Shown here: one piece after another, positions 11,945 to 25,602 of the stretch | Position numbering within the stretch: the first letter of the stretch is position 1 | Layout of the letters: every line of letters starts with the position of its first letter | NCBI RefSeq assembly: GCF_006345805.1 | Contig: NC_042997.1 | Span: 33,356,001-33,420,000 of the forward strand | Source: Octopus sinensis | Taxonomy: Eukaryota | Length of the DNA stretch: 64,000 nt | Reading direction: 5' to 3' | Program-made: the position numbers and the translations under genes | Notes under the pieces: generated by a model | Told to the model about the DNA's origin: nothing | What the model saw: only the letters and a program-made list of their open reading frames with translations | Databases searched by the model: none

Positions 11945-12947
11945 TATGAGAGCGTATGACAATAATTCTGAATAATATAGCCCACACAAAGAAGTATCAG
12001 CTGTAACAAGTGTAAAATATATGAGTCTTTTGCAAGTTAATCTGTTTTAAGGTGGAAAATCTTACAGCTGTGATAGAATGACGATCTCTTCAAGGAGGGA
12101 TTCATTTCTCATTTTCTTAACGCACGCGGAAACTAAATAAATCACTGGCCAATAGAAAAATTTGTGATTCGAAACCAGGTTTAACTTCATTATCAGTGTA
12201 ATAATCATATTTTAATTAATTATATAGAATTCATAACTTGATTAGCTATATAACATTCAGCAGAAGGTGGCTGAAGAAAATGTGTTATATCAATAAAGAT
12301 TTGCATTTTAAATGTGTATTTCTGAATGTCGTTTTTTGTTGTTTAGTCTCGTGTCAAGTCCGAGTGACCGTCCCTCTCCTTTTCATATACTGTATCTAGG
12401 ATTGCACTGTCCTTCTGTGACAGTTGGACGTGAATCGAGGGAGATTTAGTTGCTACCACGAAGTAGGCAAGCGCTTATGAAGATTTTCCATTACATGTTA
12501 GCGAATACTTCTGTATATAATATGATTACCACGATGTCACTCGAATCGTCCTAGATATTTTTCTAGACTCAAGAGAAAACTAATTTTAGCTAAATATGAA
12601 TACTGATAAATTGTCGTCTTACCAAACATATTCCACATCACGTTTGATTAAACAGCGTCCATGATTACATGTAATTCCTAAATCAAGTACCGTTATCTTA
12701 TCTTGATAATAAAAGAACCAAAAACGAGATATTGAGTGGTTCATGACATTTCGAAAATTAAACCAAACTGTATTACGTAAGATGACATAACATATGTAAT
12801 ATTACCACATTATGTTTTGATGTTTCCAAATATTCAAAACAAACTTTGATTTGTTTTGTCTATATGCCGGAAACATATGCTTTCTCTTATTCTTTATTCT
12901 TTATATAGTTTAAATTCTTCTAAGTTTACATTTTGAAGCACACCCAT

Positions 12948-13275
<328 letters not shown>

Positions 13276-15876
13276 GGGAGACTTCAATCTACCCTGTGTT
13301 GACTGGACTACAAACTGTTTGAAACCAAGCACTCCCGCCTCAACCGCTGACAAAGAAGCAGCAGAGTCACTTTTCGACTTTACGAATGAGTTTTTCTTGT
13401 CCCAACTTGTCCTTGCACCAACAAGACATCAGAACATTTTGGACCTAGTGTTTAGTAACCACACTAACACTATACATAACGTTACAGTGGAAAAAACCCT
13501 TCTTTCAGACCATGACATGGTTCTCTGTAACATGAAATTCCACCAGCCGAAAGCTAATCCTAGTGACCTTCCTCCAGCCCACCCATTTGACAACATGGAT
13601 CTCCATAAAGCCAACTGGGATGCAATCAGGAACGAGATATCAAATGTTGACTGGTCCTTTACACATATACACATCTCCACCAACCATAAAACATCTTGGC
13701 AGATCTTTGTAGACACCGTCACAGACATATGTGCAAAACACTCCCCACCAAGACCTGTGAACAAAAAGTGCAGAATCCCCCAAAACAGAAAAACCATTAT
13801 CAGAAAAATAAAAAGAACAAACAAAAAAATTAACAAACTAAAGTACTGCCAACAGCAACACACACATTCGACGGCTATCGCACTGCTTGAATCCAAAAAA
13901 TATAACCTCCAACAATGCATGAAGACCCTCATCAATAACAAAGATCAGCTGAGGAGAAGTGGGCCATTGAAAAAATCAAACTCAACCCCAAAGTGTTCTT
14001 TTCATTTGCGAGGAAACGCAGGGTCACTGTCTCCACTGTAGGCCCTCTAATTGACGAAACTGGCACTCTCCAAGATAATGCCAAATCCATGGCCGAGATA
14101 CTGCAGAAACAATACTGCTCTGTTTTCAGCAATCCTGATATGGCCGATCTGGGCTGTATCAGTGATGTCAACCCCCAACACACTATATCGGACATAACGT
14201 TAGTGCCCCTGATGTCTTAGCGGCGATAAACGAAATAAAACACAATTCAGCAGTAGGCCCCGATAGGTTCCCTGCTTGTGTCCTGAAGGTGTGTCGACAC
14301 CAACTTGCATCTCCCCTTGCTAATCTGTGGAGAAACTCACTGGATGCTGGCTATATTCCAAAAAACCTTCTGTCCCAGTCTGTTGTCCCAGTTTTCAAAA
14401 AGGGAAACAAGTCCCTTGCAGTGAATTACCGTCCGATCTCACTCACCTCTCATATCATCAAGGTATTTGAGAGGGTGGTGAGATCTCGAATAACCCAATT
14501 CTGGAAAGCAACAGACGGCTGATCTCCAACCAACATGGGTTCCGTAATGGAAGGGACTGCCTAACGCAGCTCCTGCATCACTTTGAGGACATTTTGAGAG
14601 CTTTGGGAGAGGGCTCCAACACCGATGTCATCTACCTTGATTTCAGTAAGGCCTTCGACAGGGTCGATCACAAGATCCTATTGAAAAAACTATCCAACAT
14701 TGGTGTCTCTGGAAAGTTACTGAAATGGATTAAGTGTTTCCTGACAGACAGATCTCAACATGTTGTAGTTGAAGGGGTAAAATCAAGCCCAGCCAAAGTC
14801 AGTAGTGGCGTTCCGCAAGGCACTGTGCTGGGCCCACTTCTTTTCATCATTTACATTAATGACATTAATGACATCATCAAGCACAGCAACATAAAAATCT
14901 TTGCAGATGACTCCAAGCTACAGAAGGTCATAAATGAGGCGAGTGACCGGACATGCCTTCAGTCAGATCTACTGGCTGTTATCCAATGGGCAGAAAAAAA
15001 CAATATGCTGCTGAACGAGGATAAATTTGAGCTAATCCACTTTGGAAAAGAGGATGCCCTGAAACTCTCATACTCCCTTCCTTCAGGTGAAACTCTCGCG
15101 GCGTCCAACAACATCAGAGACTTGGGAGTAATTGTGGACAACAACGTAAGCTGGGCCACTCATATAAACACCAAAATTGACATGGCCCGCAGAATGTGTT
15201 CCTGGATTCTCAGAACTTTCCAGTCGAGAGATATCCACACCATTATCCTTCTCTTCTCCACTTTTGCCCGACCCCACCTTGAATACTGTTGTCCACTGTG
15301 GTCTCCCCACACAATACAAGGTATCATAAAAGTTGAAGCACCTCAAAGGGCAATCACAAAAAAGATAGATGGCATGACAGGCCTCGACTATTGGGGTCGA
15401 CTAGAAAAGCTAAAACTCTATTCTCTCCAACGTCGTCGTGAGCGCTACATCATCTGCATGATGTGGAAAATATTCCATCAGCATTGCCCAAATGATGTTG
15501 GCATCACCTTTAAGGTACATCCAAGGCTTGGGCCCCGTGCCATCCGCCCAAAACAAAAATCGCACTCTCATCTCATAACAATAATACGGCACAATTATTT
15601 CACCTCAATTGGCCCCGCTCTCTTTAACATTACACCAAAACACATTAAAACAGAAACTGACCCTATAGGGTTCAAGAAGTCTTTGGACAGATTCCTTCAA
15701 GAAATCCCGGATAAACCCCCTACACCCGGATATGTCTCTGTAAACAATAACTCTCTACTTGAGTGGGCCATAGTGCCCAAATTCTGACTTGAAAGACTTC
15801 ACCAGGTGGTGCTATTAAGTTAGACATGGCCTGGGCCAATAATGGCCGAAACCTATCAAAGTATCAAAGTATCAAA

Positions 15877-15877
<1 letters not shown>
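13276..15877 (+). mobile_element. 5'-truncated CR1/Jockey-group LINE (APE endonuclease C-terminal part + reverse transcriptase), frameshifted
   Basis: [26 protein letters not shown] (APE); NYRPISLTS, QHGF, YLDFSKAFD, GVPQGTVLGPLLF, FADD (RT); frameshifts near 13965, 14200 and 14505; 3' tail (TATCAAAG)x3; TA tracts on both sides. Confidence 0.92.
14594..15787 (+). pseudogene. Longest open segment of the LINE ORF2 (RT and C-terminal region, 397 aa)
   Basis: ORF track translation carries the RT motifs; upstream frame is broken, so this is not a functional ORF2. Confidence 0.85.
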
Positions 15878-15914
<37 letters not shown>

Positions 15915-16069
15915 AGCCAATTATGCTGCAAAAGCAGTTCTAGATTAAAATTAATATCTATACCACATATTTAAAGTATGACTGGCGTTGAAATATTAGG
16001 AAATGCAGTAGACGTTTGGGGGAAAGATCCGTTTATAGACACAATATCCTTCAGAGCTAGACGAAACTA

Positions 16070-16255
16070 AACCGTATTTTGTCTGCCGTTACGTTGTGAG
16101 TTCAAATTCCGCCGAGGTCGACTTTGCATCTCATCCTTTCGGGATCGATAAACTAAGTACCAGTTACGCACTGGGTCGATGTAATCGACTTAATCCGTTC
16201 GTCTGTCCTTGTTTGTCCCCTCTATGTTTAGCCCCTTGTGGGTAATAAAGAAATA
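16070..16255 (+). mobile_element. 5'-truncated family A SINE, A1 tail
   Basis: Starts at ccgtattttgtctgcc and ends gccccttgtgggtaataaagaaata. Confidence 0.85.
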
Positions 16256-16260
16256 TACAT

Positions 16261-16315
<55 letters not shown>

Positions 16316-16348
16316 ATATATACATATATATACATATATATATACATA

Positions 16349-16380
<32 letters not shown>

Positions 16381-16556
16381 TATATATATATATATATTAT
16401 ACATATATATATATATATTATATATATTATATATATAATGTACATATATTATATATATATATGTACATATATATATATATATAATGTACATATATAATAT
16501 ATATATATAATGTACAAATATATATATATATAATGTACATATATATATATAATATA

Positions 16557-16600
<44 letters not shown>

Positions 16601-16727
16601 TATATATAAAGATATATATATATATGTACATATATATAAAGATATATATATATGTACATATATATATACATATATATACATATATATATACATATATATA
16701 TATGTATACACACACACATACACACAG

Positions 16728-16767
<40 letters not shown>

Positions 16768-16768
16768 G
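16256..16768. repeat. Long interrupted (TA)n/(CA)n microsatellite
   Basis: Direct reading. Confidence 0.9.
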
Positions 16769-17121
16769 AGAGAGGCGGGAGAAGGGGGGGCATTAAAATA
16801 TAAACTTAGAAGAATCTAAATTATGTAAAGAATAACGAAGAAAGAAAAGCATATATTTCCTGCATATAGACAAAACTAATTAAAGTTTGCTTTGAATATT
16901 TGGAAACATCAAAACATAGCGTGTTAATATTACGTATGTTATGTCATGTAACGTAGTACTGTTTGGATTAATTTTCAGAAAGCTATGAATCTCCCAATAT
17001 TTCGTTTTTGGTTTTCTTTTATAATCAAGATAAGATAACAGTATTTAATCTAGGCATTATTGTCGTTGAAATTTTACAAAATGCAGTCTGGGGAAATATC
17101 CGGTTAATACACACACACACA

Positions 17122-17165
<44 letters not shown>

Positions 17166-17216
17166 TGAAAACGAAGCAGGCTTCCTAAACATTCGGTTAT
17201 ACGTCGCTGCTATATA

Positions 17217-18344
17217 TCAGGTCATCCCATAAATTCTGTCTGATTTTACCTTTTTTAAAATTGGATGAAATTTGATATTATTTTAGAACGTCTAATGGAA
17301 TTAAAAAATATTTTTATGCATTTGTGTGCATTTAAACTAATTAAATATTATTTTACAGAATAATAAAATTAAAATTTCTTTGATTAAAACCCTTTCTAAC
17401 ATGGAAGTATCCAAAGAGCATTTCTAACATGGAAGTATCCAAAGAGCACATAATGCTTTATGAGTACAAAAAAGGAAACTTTGCAGTGGAAGCGACTCGA
17501 TACATTCAGTTTATGGGAAAGAATGCTTGAATAAAAGAACTTGCAGAAGATGGTTTGCAAAATTCAGCCATGAAGATGAAGATCGAACAGACGTCCAGTT
17601 GAGTTTGATGATAAGCTCCTTGAGGTATAACTTGAAGAAAATCCTGCATTATCAGTTGAAGAATTGGCAACAAAGCTTAGTTCAAACCATACAACTGTTC
17701 ATCGTCATCTTCAATAACTTGGAAAGTTTTCTAAAACTTGCAAAATGGGTGCCTCATGAATTGTTCGAAAGCAATCGCAAATCCCGAGTTGACACCTGCT
17801 CTTCTCTCCATTCTCGCGAATTCATTTCACCCTTTTTTGATAGACTTGTAACTGGTGACGAAAATGGATCTTCTATCGAAAAGTCTACTGTCAGCAATTA
17901 GAGCGTTTGAACCAAGCTTTGAAGAAAAATATACCCGCTTTAGTGGATCGAAAAGGAGTGATGCTTCATCAAGACAATGCACGGCACCACACCGCAAAGA
18001 TTACATCAGAGAAGATCGAAGAGCTTGGTTAGGAAAAAATTCCTCATCCACCTTATTCTGCCGACCTTGCTCCTTCGGATTACCATTTGTTTCGTAGTTT
18101 ACAGAATCATTTGGGGGACATAACTTTCGCAAGCCAGGAGGAGGTCGAAACTGACATTTCAGAGTTCTTCGTTTTGAAACCAAAAGAGTTTTACATTGAT
18201 TGGATTAAAAAGTTTGTAAATAGATGGAAGGAAGTCATAGATAATCAGGGAAAGTACATTGATGATTAAATTTCAATTAAATATAACATTTGATCACTTG
18301 TTTTCTTTATTCAAGATTCGGACAGAACTTATGGGATGACCTGA
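17217..18344 (+). mobile_element. Mariner DNA transposon, decayed and internally deleted
   Basis: ~29-bp TIRs tcaggtcatcccataa(a/g)ttctgtc, TA TSD; transposase motifs WVPHEL, TGDE, HQDNAR, HPPYSADLAPSDYHLFRSL; stops and frameshifts; 28-bp tandem duplication at the start codon. Confidence 0.93.
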
Positions 18345-18897
18345 TATGTGACATATATAGTAAACTGGTGAGGACGTATGGTCTAGTGATTATGCGCAAG
18401 ATCATGATTTCAGTTCCTAGACCTGGTGGTGAATTTTTTTTCTTGAGCATAAAATGTCATCTCACGCTACACTAGCTGACGTATGGTACACCGTACACCT
18501 ATTCAGCCAACGTTGATTTGATTGTAGGGATGGGCTAATGTGCAGCACAAATATATGCTCCCTATAAACAAATCATTTATGCAACTTATTCAGCAAAAAA
18601 TTGCAGAACCGTTTTTCTCGCACTACGAGGGACAACCGTCATGAACAAAGTAGCAAAAGATCGTGTGAGCCGTCCAACCTATGCCAGCAGAGAAAAACGG
18701 ACGTAAACTGTGGAAGATAATGATGAAGATGAGAGATAAAAAGATATATACATTCAATCTCGCGCGCGTGTGTGTGCGCACACACACACACACAGAACCG
18801 TTTTTCTCAGACTACGAGAGACTACCATCATGGTAAACCGAATCTTTGAATGATTGTACAAATTTTGTACATACATATATACATAAATACATACATT

Positions 18898-18928
<31 letters not shown>

Positions 18929-18964
18929 GTAGAAGGTTGAAAAGGAACACACGAGTTGATATGT

Positions 18965-19135
18965 ATAAGGAAAATAAGACAAGGTAGAAAATGCTAATAT
19001 AATTTTATTATGAAGAACATTTTAGTACCGGTTTCAGTCTTGCGACTTTTTCAGTCACAAAGACTGAAACCGGTACAAAAATGTTCTTCATGATAAAATT
19101 ATATTAGCATTTTCTACCTTTCTTATTTTCCTTTA
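18965..19135. repeat. ~170-bp near-perfect palindrome centred on a partial hammerhead motif
   Basis: ~75-bp arms; minus strand 19054-19026 reads CTGAAAA-AGTC GCAA GACT-GAAAC CG GTA; stem I not formed. Confidence 0.8.
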
Positions 19136-19139
19136 TCTT

Positions 19140-19184
<45 letters not shown>

Positions 19185-19395
19185 AAGTTAATCCAAACAA
19201 GAAAACACAAAAAAACACAACAACGCGAGGACGTGGAACAAATATAGTATTATTGGACGCTCAGGAAAGAAGGGAAGAAGGAGGGTTTAACGTTTCGAGC
19301 GTAGCTCTTCGTCGGAAACATAGGAGAAGGAAAGATCCAGAGAAGGGAGGACAGAGGGAAAAAAATCGCCAACGGTACACACGAGGTCACATTTA
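19185..19395 (-). mobile_element. Penelope-like terminal-repeat remnant with hammerhead motif at 19284-19320
   Basis: Minus strand GTTT-CCGACGA-A-GAGC TAC GCTC-GAAAC-GTT-AAAC; downstream sequence shared with 2245-2308 and similar to 2865-3035; ends in a TA tract. Confidence 0.6.
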
Positions 19396-19437
19396 ATATT
19401 TATTTATTTATTTATTTATTTACAGACAGACAGATAG

Positions 19438-20290
19438 CTAGATATACCCGTGACCCGTTGGGTCACCAGGAAACTCGGACTCTCTCAGCAACGGAGTTTT
19501 GTTTCGTTGGTTTGTTTGTTGGGGGGGTTTTTTCAGGTTATTTCGCATGCTTTCAACAAATGTGACATCGAAATGATGCGTAAACGGCTCCTTTCCCCAG
19601 AAAAGGAAAGATTTGGCTGGTACTTCTTGCACGCGCTGCTACCGCGTAACAGGTATTTCGAATCCTTTATCGAAAACAGCCGTTATGGGCTATTTCAAGA
19701 TTCGTTGAATGTACTTGAAAAAAGCCTATGGGAAAAAACTATTTCACACCAAGGTTACAAACGGGTCTTTTATGAAATATTTACCGTATGGTTTAAAATT
19801 ATTTTCCCTTTAGAATATTTGTTAAATATGCCAAAAAAACATTTTATAATGGTATTCACTTGAAAATAATTTAAAAAGCATTAAGATATTGTCTGTTTAA
19901 AGAAGTCTAAAATATGAATACTTACTGTACAAACAGCTTACATTTTGAAATTACATTCACTTAAAAATATTTGTATTTAACAAAAGCAAAAATAGAAGCA
20001 TTTGTTGTAAAAAAAATCCATATTTTTTCGTTGTCAAGTTACTGTGTGTAATAGAAAGCTAAGAGTTTCTCTCCTTTCAAGGTGAAGATTTTCGGAATAT
20101 ATTCCCATTAGGCACCGTTTTGGATATTTATGCTCGAAAACCTCTAATATCTTTAAAACTACTTGTCCGATTTACGCGAAATTTATTTTATTCCATTCGT
20201 ATTAACATCTCAGGGTAAACTTAATTCATAGTATTTTCCCATTATGCGCCAGTTTGGCTGGGTAACAATGCAAGCAAGATTCAAACTTAC
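19438..20290 (-). mobile_element. Probable non-autonomous Helitron/Helentron-like element
   Basis: Minus-strand end gtgacccaacgggtcac hairpin + gggtatatCTAG; other end not sharply defined. Confidence 0.5.
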
Positions 20291-20383
20291 TTTTTTTAAT
20301 GTATGTATGTATGTATGTATGTATGTGTATATATATATATATGTGTGTGTGTGTGGTGTGTGTGTGTGTGTGTGTGTGTGTGT

Positions 20384-20694
20384 GGAGGCGCAATGGCCCA
20401 GTGGTTAGGGTAGCGGACTCGCAGTTGTAGGATCGCGGTTTCGATTCCCAGACCGGGCGTTGTGAGTGTTTATTGAGTGAAAACACCTAAAGCTGCACGG
20501 GGCTCCGGCAGGGGGGGGTGTCAATCCCTGCTGTACTCTTTCCCCATAACTTTCTCTCATTCTTTCTTCTGTTGGCCTGCTCGCTTAGCCAGCGGGTTGG
20601 CGTCATTTGAAGGCTAAAACAATGCGAAGCGCTTTGTGACCAGCGATGTGTAACAACATCTGATTGCCTGGTCGGTCACGGTGATCACGGTGAT
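20384..20694 (+). mobile_element. tRNA-derived SINE, family C body with tail T4
   Basis: ggaggcgcaatggcccagtggttaggg head, B box ggtttcgattccc; tail ends (cacggtgat)x2 then (AT)n; second copy at 36752-37062. Confidence 0.88.
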
Positions 20695-21207
20695 ATATAT
20701 ATATATATATATGACTAAAAATGTAAAAGATAATATTGTGTGTGTGTGTTTGGATATATCTTTTTATCTCTTATCTTCATCTTTACCATCCCCATTTTAC
20801 ATCCGTTTTTCTCTGCTTGCATAGGTTGGACGGCTCACACGATCTTTTGCCTCTTTGTTATTTGATACACACATCAGCAGAGAAAACTGTCTATTTCTGT
20901 AATCATGTGTGTGTGTGTGATATTAAACATCAGCTTTCTTCTTTACACTACGACACTCAATACTGTTCATATTATTTATTGATTTCTTCCTCTTACTGAT
21001 GAAATACAAGGTCATACATTTATAGCATAAACCAATGCGATCTAACAGCGTTTATACTTTACTTAAAAAGGTATTAGCAGTGGAGATGAGCATAAACGGC
21101 TTCAACTGACAATGGAAACTGGGTAGCTGATTAATTTTGTCAATGAATGTTATTCCTTTTGTTTTTTTTTGGTTTCATTTTTTCTCTCCTCTCTGGTGCT
21201 TTCTATA

Positions 21208-21626
21208 TCTTTACTCTTACTCTTTTACTTGTTTCAGTCATTTGACTGCGGCCATGCTGGAGCACCGCCTTTAATCGAGCAACTCGACCCCCGGAACTTA
21301 TTCTTTTGTAAGCCCAGTACTTATTCTATCGGTCTCTTTTTGCCGAACCGCTAAGTAACGGGGACATAAACACACCGGCATCGGTTGTCAAGCAATGCTA
21401 GGGGGACAAACACAGACACACAAACACACACACGCATATATATATATATATATATACATATATACAACGGGCTTCTTTCAGTTTCCGTCTACCAAATCTA
21501 CTCACAAGGCTTTGGTCGGCCCGAGGCTATAGTAGAAGACACTTGCCCAAGGTGCCACACAGTGGGACTGAACCCGGAACCATGTGGCTGGTAAACAAGC
21601 TACTTACCACACAGCCACTCCTGCGC
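21208..21626 (-). mobile_element. tRNA-derived SINE, family E (CORE-like segment, internal microsatellite)
   Basis: Minus: gcgcaggagtggctgtgtggtaag head, caccttgggcaagtgtctt, internal (TA)(TG), tail ...gactgaaacaagtaaaagagt; closely similar copy at 61184-61627. Confidence 0.88.
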
Positions 21627-22244
21627 ACATATCATTACGCTTTAGATTAATTAATGATATTTAATTTTGGTACAAAACCCTACATATTTTAGAAGAAGGG
21701 TCGTCGATTCAGTCGAATCAGTACCTGACTAGTGTTTTATTTTATTAACTTTGAAGGGATGCGAAAACAAAGTCAACCTCAGCGTGATTTAAGCTCAAAA
21801 CGTAACATAATACTGCAAATACATTTTCTTAGGTTACCAACGGCTATCCACTTCGTTATATTTATACATAGCATTAAGTAGGACTGTTGAATTCCATTTA
21901 AGTGTAAGGGTTCTTTAAAAGATGACAGGGACAGTGCAGCGTTCAAGCATTTATGAAAGCTGTTTCGAAGCTCCGGCTGGGCTTTGAATAATGGCTCCGA
22001 GTTTTTCCGAGTTCAGGGCCACGAGCTACCGGGTCACCATAAAAAGCACTATCGCCAATACGAATCAATCAGTGCTGGCTGATTTGTCATAGTCAATGCG
22101 GCGAACTTCAAAGTAAGTGTGTGAGTATTTCTTCCAAATAACTTGATCGAAGGTTCTGGAAAATTGGCATATGGTTATAAAAGTCTGCCGAAGCCAACCT
22201 CAAAACTGGAGCCATTCAGCATCTTACAGGAAACTATATCGCTA

Positions 22245-22587
22245 GTCGGAGGGCAGAAGAAGCGCTTCAAGGACAGTCTCAAAGTCTCTCTCAAAGACTT
22301 CTCCATCGGCACAGAGACTTGGGAGACACTTGCTGCCGATCGCTCATCCTGGCGCAGCGCAATCACCACAGGAGCAAAGACAGCCGAGGAGAGACGGATT
22401 GAGTCAGCAGAACAGAAACGCCAGATGCGGAAAGCCAGGGCCACCTGCACCAATAGCACAGCCCCTACCCACTTGTGGGAGGGGCTTTCTTGCCCGAATT
22501 GGCCTCACCAGCCACCTCCGGTCTCATAGGAGCAATTCCACCAAATGATGTCAATGGTCATCTTCGAACCCGAAGGACGAACATTAT
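22245..22587 (+). mobile_element. RTE (BovB-like) LINE 3' fragment
   Basis: GGQKKRFKDSLK..WETLAADRSSWR..CGRGFLARIGLTSHLRSH; short 3' UTR and (ATT) tail; TSD tatatcgcta at 22235-22244 and 22588-22597. Confidence 0.88.
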
Positions 22588-23113
22588 TATATCGCTATAC
22601 TCATTGAGTTGGTCTCCCGCCCTCTTATACGTTCTCTTGTTTAACATGCTTATATTGTGTTTGACAAAAGGTACCTACATTGATTTGTAGAGTCGAATCA
22701 CGCACACATTGCTTATATGAAATATGCAGCAGTTTTATCTCTTTCTACTCATTTGCTCTTTAGTAATTGCGAACTATTTTCATAATGTTATCTAGCGTGT
22801 TGTATTACAGAAGATTCCTAACTATTATGTTTGCTGTTACGTGATCGCTGTTTCATTAAAATATTCACATATATACACAAAAATGTAAACGATGCGGTTT
22901 AATGAAATATATGAAAACTGAAAGAAAAACAGTATTTGTGTTGTCATTCTTGTCATCACATGCAGCCAACTTGGAATTATGAACTACCAACGAAAAATTC
23001 ATGACTTACAAAAAGCTACGTTAAAAAGGCATTAGTGTATTAATTGTATTGAATTAACTTTTTGGCTGATTGAGAAATTATTCTCAACCCTTCTGTCTTG
23101 TTTTAATAGATTA

Positions 23114-23920
23114 CTAGCAGCATAGCCCGGCGTTGCCCGGGTATGTAAGAGGCCCTAGTAGGCAACGACTAATCCCAATCTAGTCCTTCCTTCTAGGGAA
23201 CGAAGGCGCATGTGTAGGTTGCAATGTCTTCTCTTCACTCCCAAATAACTATCAAACAGCTATCGATAATTCAACCCAACCAATTCCTACCAGGAAGAAA
23301 TTACATTCGAGACTTTACCCCCAACACCGCCACTTCTGCTAATAGCTGCTGCAGCCGCAAGTTATTCGAATACTTTTTTTTGTTTACACTTTCTTTATAA
23401 CTACCACCCCAAACGTTTTACCTTAAATTTTTGACGTACCCTAAGGGTCCTCGGACGCTACTTGCAAACTCTTGGTTTATTATAAACCGCTTTTGTCGTG
23501 TGCATCAAAACACCTTTTCCATTCGTTTGTTCAGTTTGGTCACTTTTGACTTTTTCGTTGTTGTCACTCACATTGCTGCCCGCGTTTTTGCCGTTTTTGT
23601 ACATTTTTATACATTTTGGGATACTTACCCCACGTGTTCCGAGAGTTAAAAAGGTCAAGTTGCGTCCCCTAGACAGTCTGTAGAAAATGTGTTGCATATA
23701 AAAAGCTTAGATTCTCGACCCATGTCGAATTTATCGATTTTCTTTCAGAACTGGGGGAACTTTTCAAAATTTTCGCTGCGTTAGTTTTGAATTATGACAT
23801 TGGGCTACGTGTGTGTCAAGTTTCATCAGAATCGGTTGAAAGCCGTGGTCAGGGTGAGGGTACAACCTGACAGACACACAGACACACAGACAGACAAACT
23901 GCCGTTTATATATAGAGAGA
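23114..23920 (-). mobile_element. Non-autonomous Helitron (second family, 807 bp)
   Basis: 5' A|TCTCTCTATATATAAAC + (TGTC)n; 3' hairpin cccgggcaacgccggg + CTAG|T. Confidence 0.88.
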
Positions 23921-24235
23921 TGATATTGGTTAATAGGAATACTATGTTATTTCAAGTTGAACGTATCATACGTGACTGAATGTAAATAAATAATAAGTCG
24001 TTAGTTAACTCATTAAATCGTATTTTGTGAACAGAGTGCTATCTCAAACACAAATAGTCATGTTACTTAATATTATCGTGGTATGTTTGGAGTTTTTATC
24101 AAATATTATTCTTTTAAAACTTTGTTTTGCCTTATCTCTGCGAATGAAATACATTTATTTTAATTTCATATTTATGTATTCTAACTTGTTCTATATTTAT
24201 ACACACTCATACACACGCGCGCATATATCCTCCTT

Positions 24236-24269
<34 letters not shown>

Positions 24270-24726
24270 CCACAGCCACCATCGTCATTAAATCGTAGTT
24301 ATCATAATTTTACGCCCCGTTTTCTTATATTAGTTATTGATTTCTTATATTAGATATTGATATTTGTTAAGTCCTCAATTGTCACGTCGCTTTTCGCGGC
24401 ACTTCGTCATCAGGGAAATCTACCAAATTTTGTTGTGTTTATTGTCTTTTTCTTTTTATAGGCTTGATTTTAAAGGCATATTGCCCTTCCTATCACTAAC
24501 CATTTTCAACTTACAATTGGTGCATTTTCTGAAACCACAGCCATTAAAGAGGTTGTCTGACACGGGACTAAAAAGTCTTCTACTCACACCCTCTGGACTA
24601 TTTCATTTAGTTCTAAGAGAAGCTCTTGTTGGAGAGACGAAAGGCAAATAAGCATGATTCATACACACACACATACACAAGTACTCACTCACTCACTCAC
24701 TCACACACGCGCACACATATATATTA

Positions 24727-25123
24727 TATATTTCTTTACTAACCACAAGGGACTAAACATAGAGGGGACAAACAAGGACAGACAAAGGGATTAAGTCGAT
24801 TACATCGACCCAGTGCGAAACTGGTACTTTATTTATCGACTCCGAGAGGCTGAAAGGCAAAGTCGACCTCGGCGGAGACAGACGAAATACTTATTTCTTT
24901 ATTACCCACAAGGGGCTAAACATAGAGGGGACAAACAAGGACAGACACAGGTATTAAGTCGATTACATCGATCCCAGTGCGTAACTGTTACTTAATTTAT
25001 CGACTCCGAAAGGATGAAAGGTAAAGTCGACCTCGGCGGAATTTGAACTCGGAACGTAATGGCAGACAAAATACCGCTAAGCATTTCGCCCGGCGTGCTA
25101 ACGTTTCTGCCAGCTCGTCGCCT
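24727..25123 (-). mobile_element. Family A SINE dimer (A1 + head-truncated A1)
   Basis: Head at 25075-25123; junction gacgaaatac|ttatttc at ~24890. Confidence 0.85.
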
Positions 25124-25159
25124 CTCGGACCTCTTTTATAGTTCGACAAAGGGGATTCA

Positions 25160-25602
25160 GTTGTTCAGTCAACTAAATTATCTGTCCTATGAAGAAAGGC
25201 TGAGGACGCTCGACCTTTATTCTCTAGAAAAACGCCGCGGCCGTGGTGATCTCATTCTCGCCCACAGCATCATAAGCGGAAAGTGTAACCTCTTGAAAGA
25301 GCTGTTCTTCACTCCTGCTCCAGAGCGTCGGCTGCGGGCTCATTCCGAAAAGCTCTACCTGCGACGATTTCATCTCAATCGAAGGAGAGGAGCTTTCTCC
25401 GTCCGGGTTGCGGATCCGTGGAACAAGCTGCCAGACGAGATGGTGAAGATGCCGACGACCGCTTTGTTCAAAGCCTCCCTTGACCTCAAGTGGCCTGAAC
25501 TCTTTACATGAACACCACCCTGTACTTAACTCCATGTCCCCTACATGGCCTTGCTATTTGCTTTTGAGCCAAATTAACTAACTAACTAATTAACTAACTA
25601 AT
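25160..25602 (+). mobile_element. CR1-type LINE 3' fragment
   Basis: LSYEERLRTLDLYSLEKRRGRGDLI...FSVRVADPWNKLP..FK..LD; stop at 25511; (TAAC)n tail. Confidence 0.85.

Noticed and set aside
12055-12105. ACAGCTGT palindrome + TAAG resembling the 52-kb hammerhead
   Set aside because: The GAAAC element and stem II are absent.
15825-15855. GGCC...GGCC GAAAC in the LINE 3' UTR looks hammerhead-like
   Set aside because: No CUGANGA upstream and no stem I or III; treated as an ordinary 3' UTR stem-loop.
20384-20460. tRNA-like sequences (A/B boxes) here and at other SINE heads
   Set aside because: No complete cloverleaf, and each runs into a SINE body and tail, often with a TSD; not called tRNA genes.
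21960-22125. GC-rich stretch ending in a AAA|GTAAGT donor
   Set aside because: No acceptor or open frame leading to the donor; origin undetermined.
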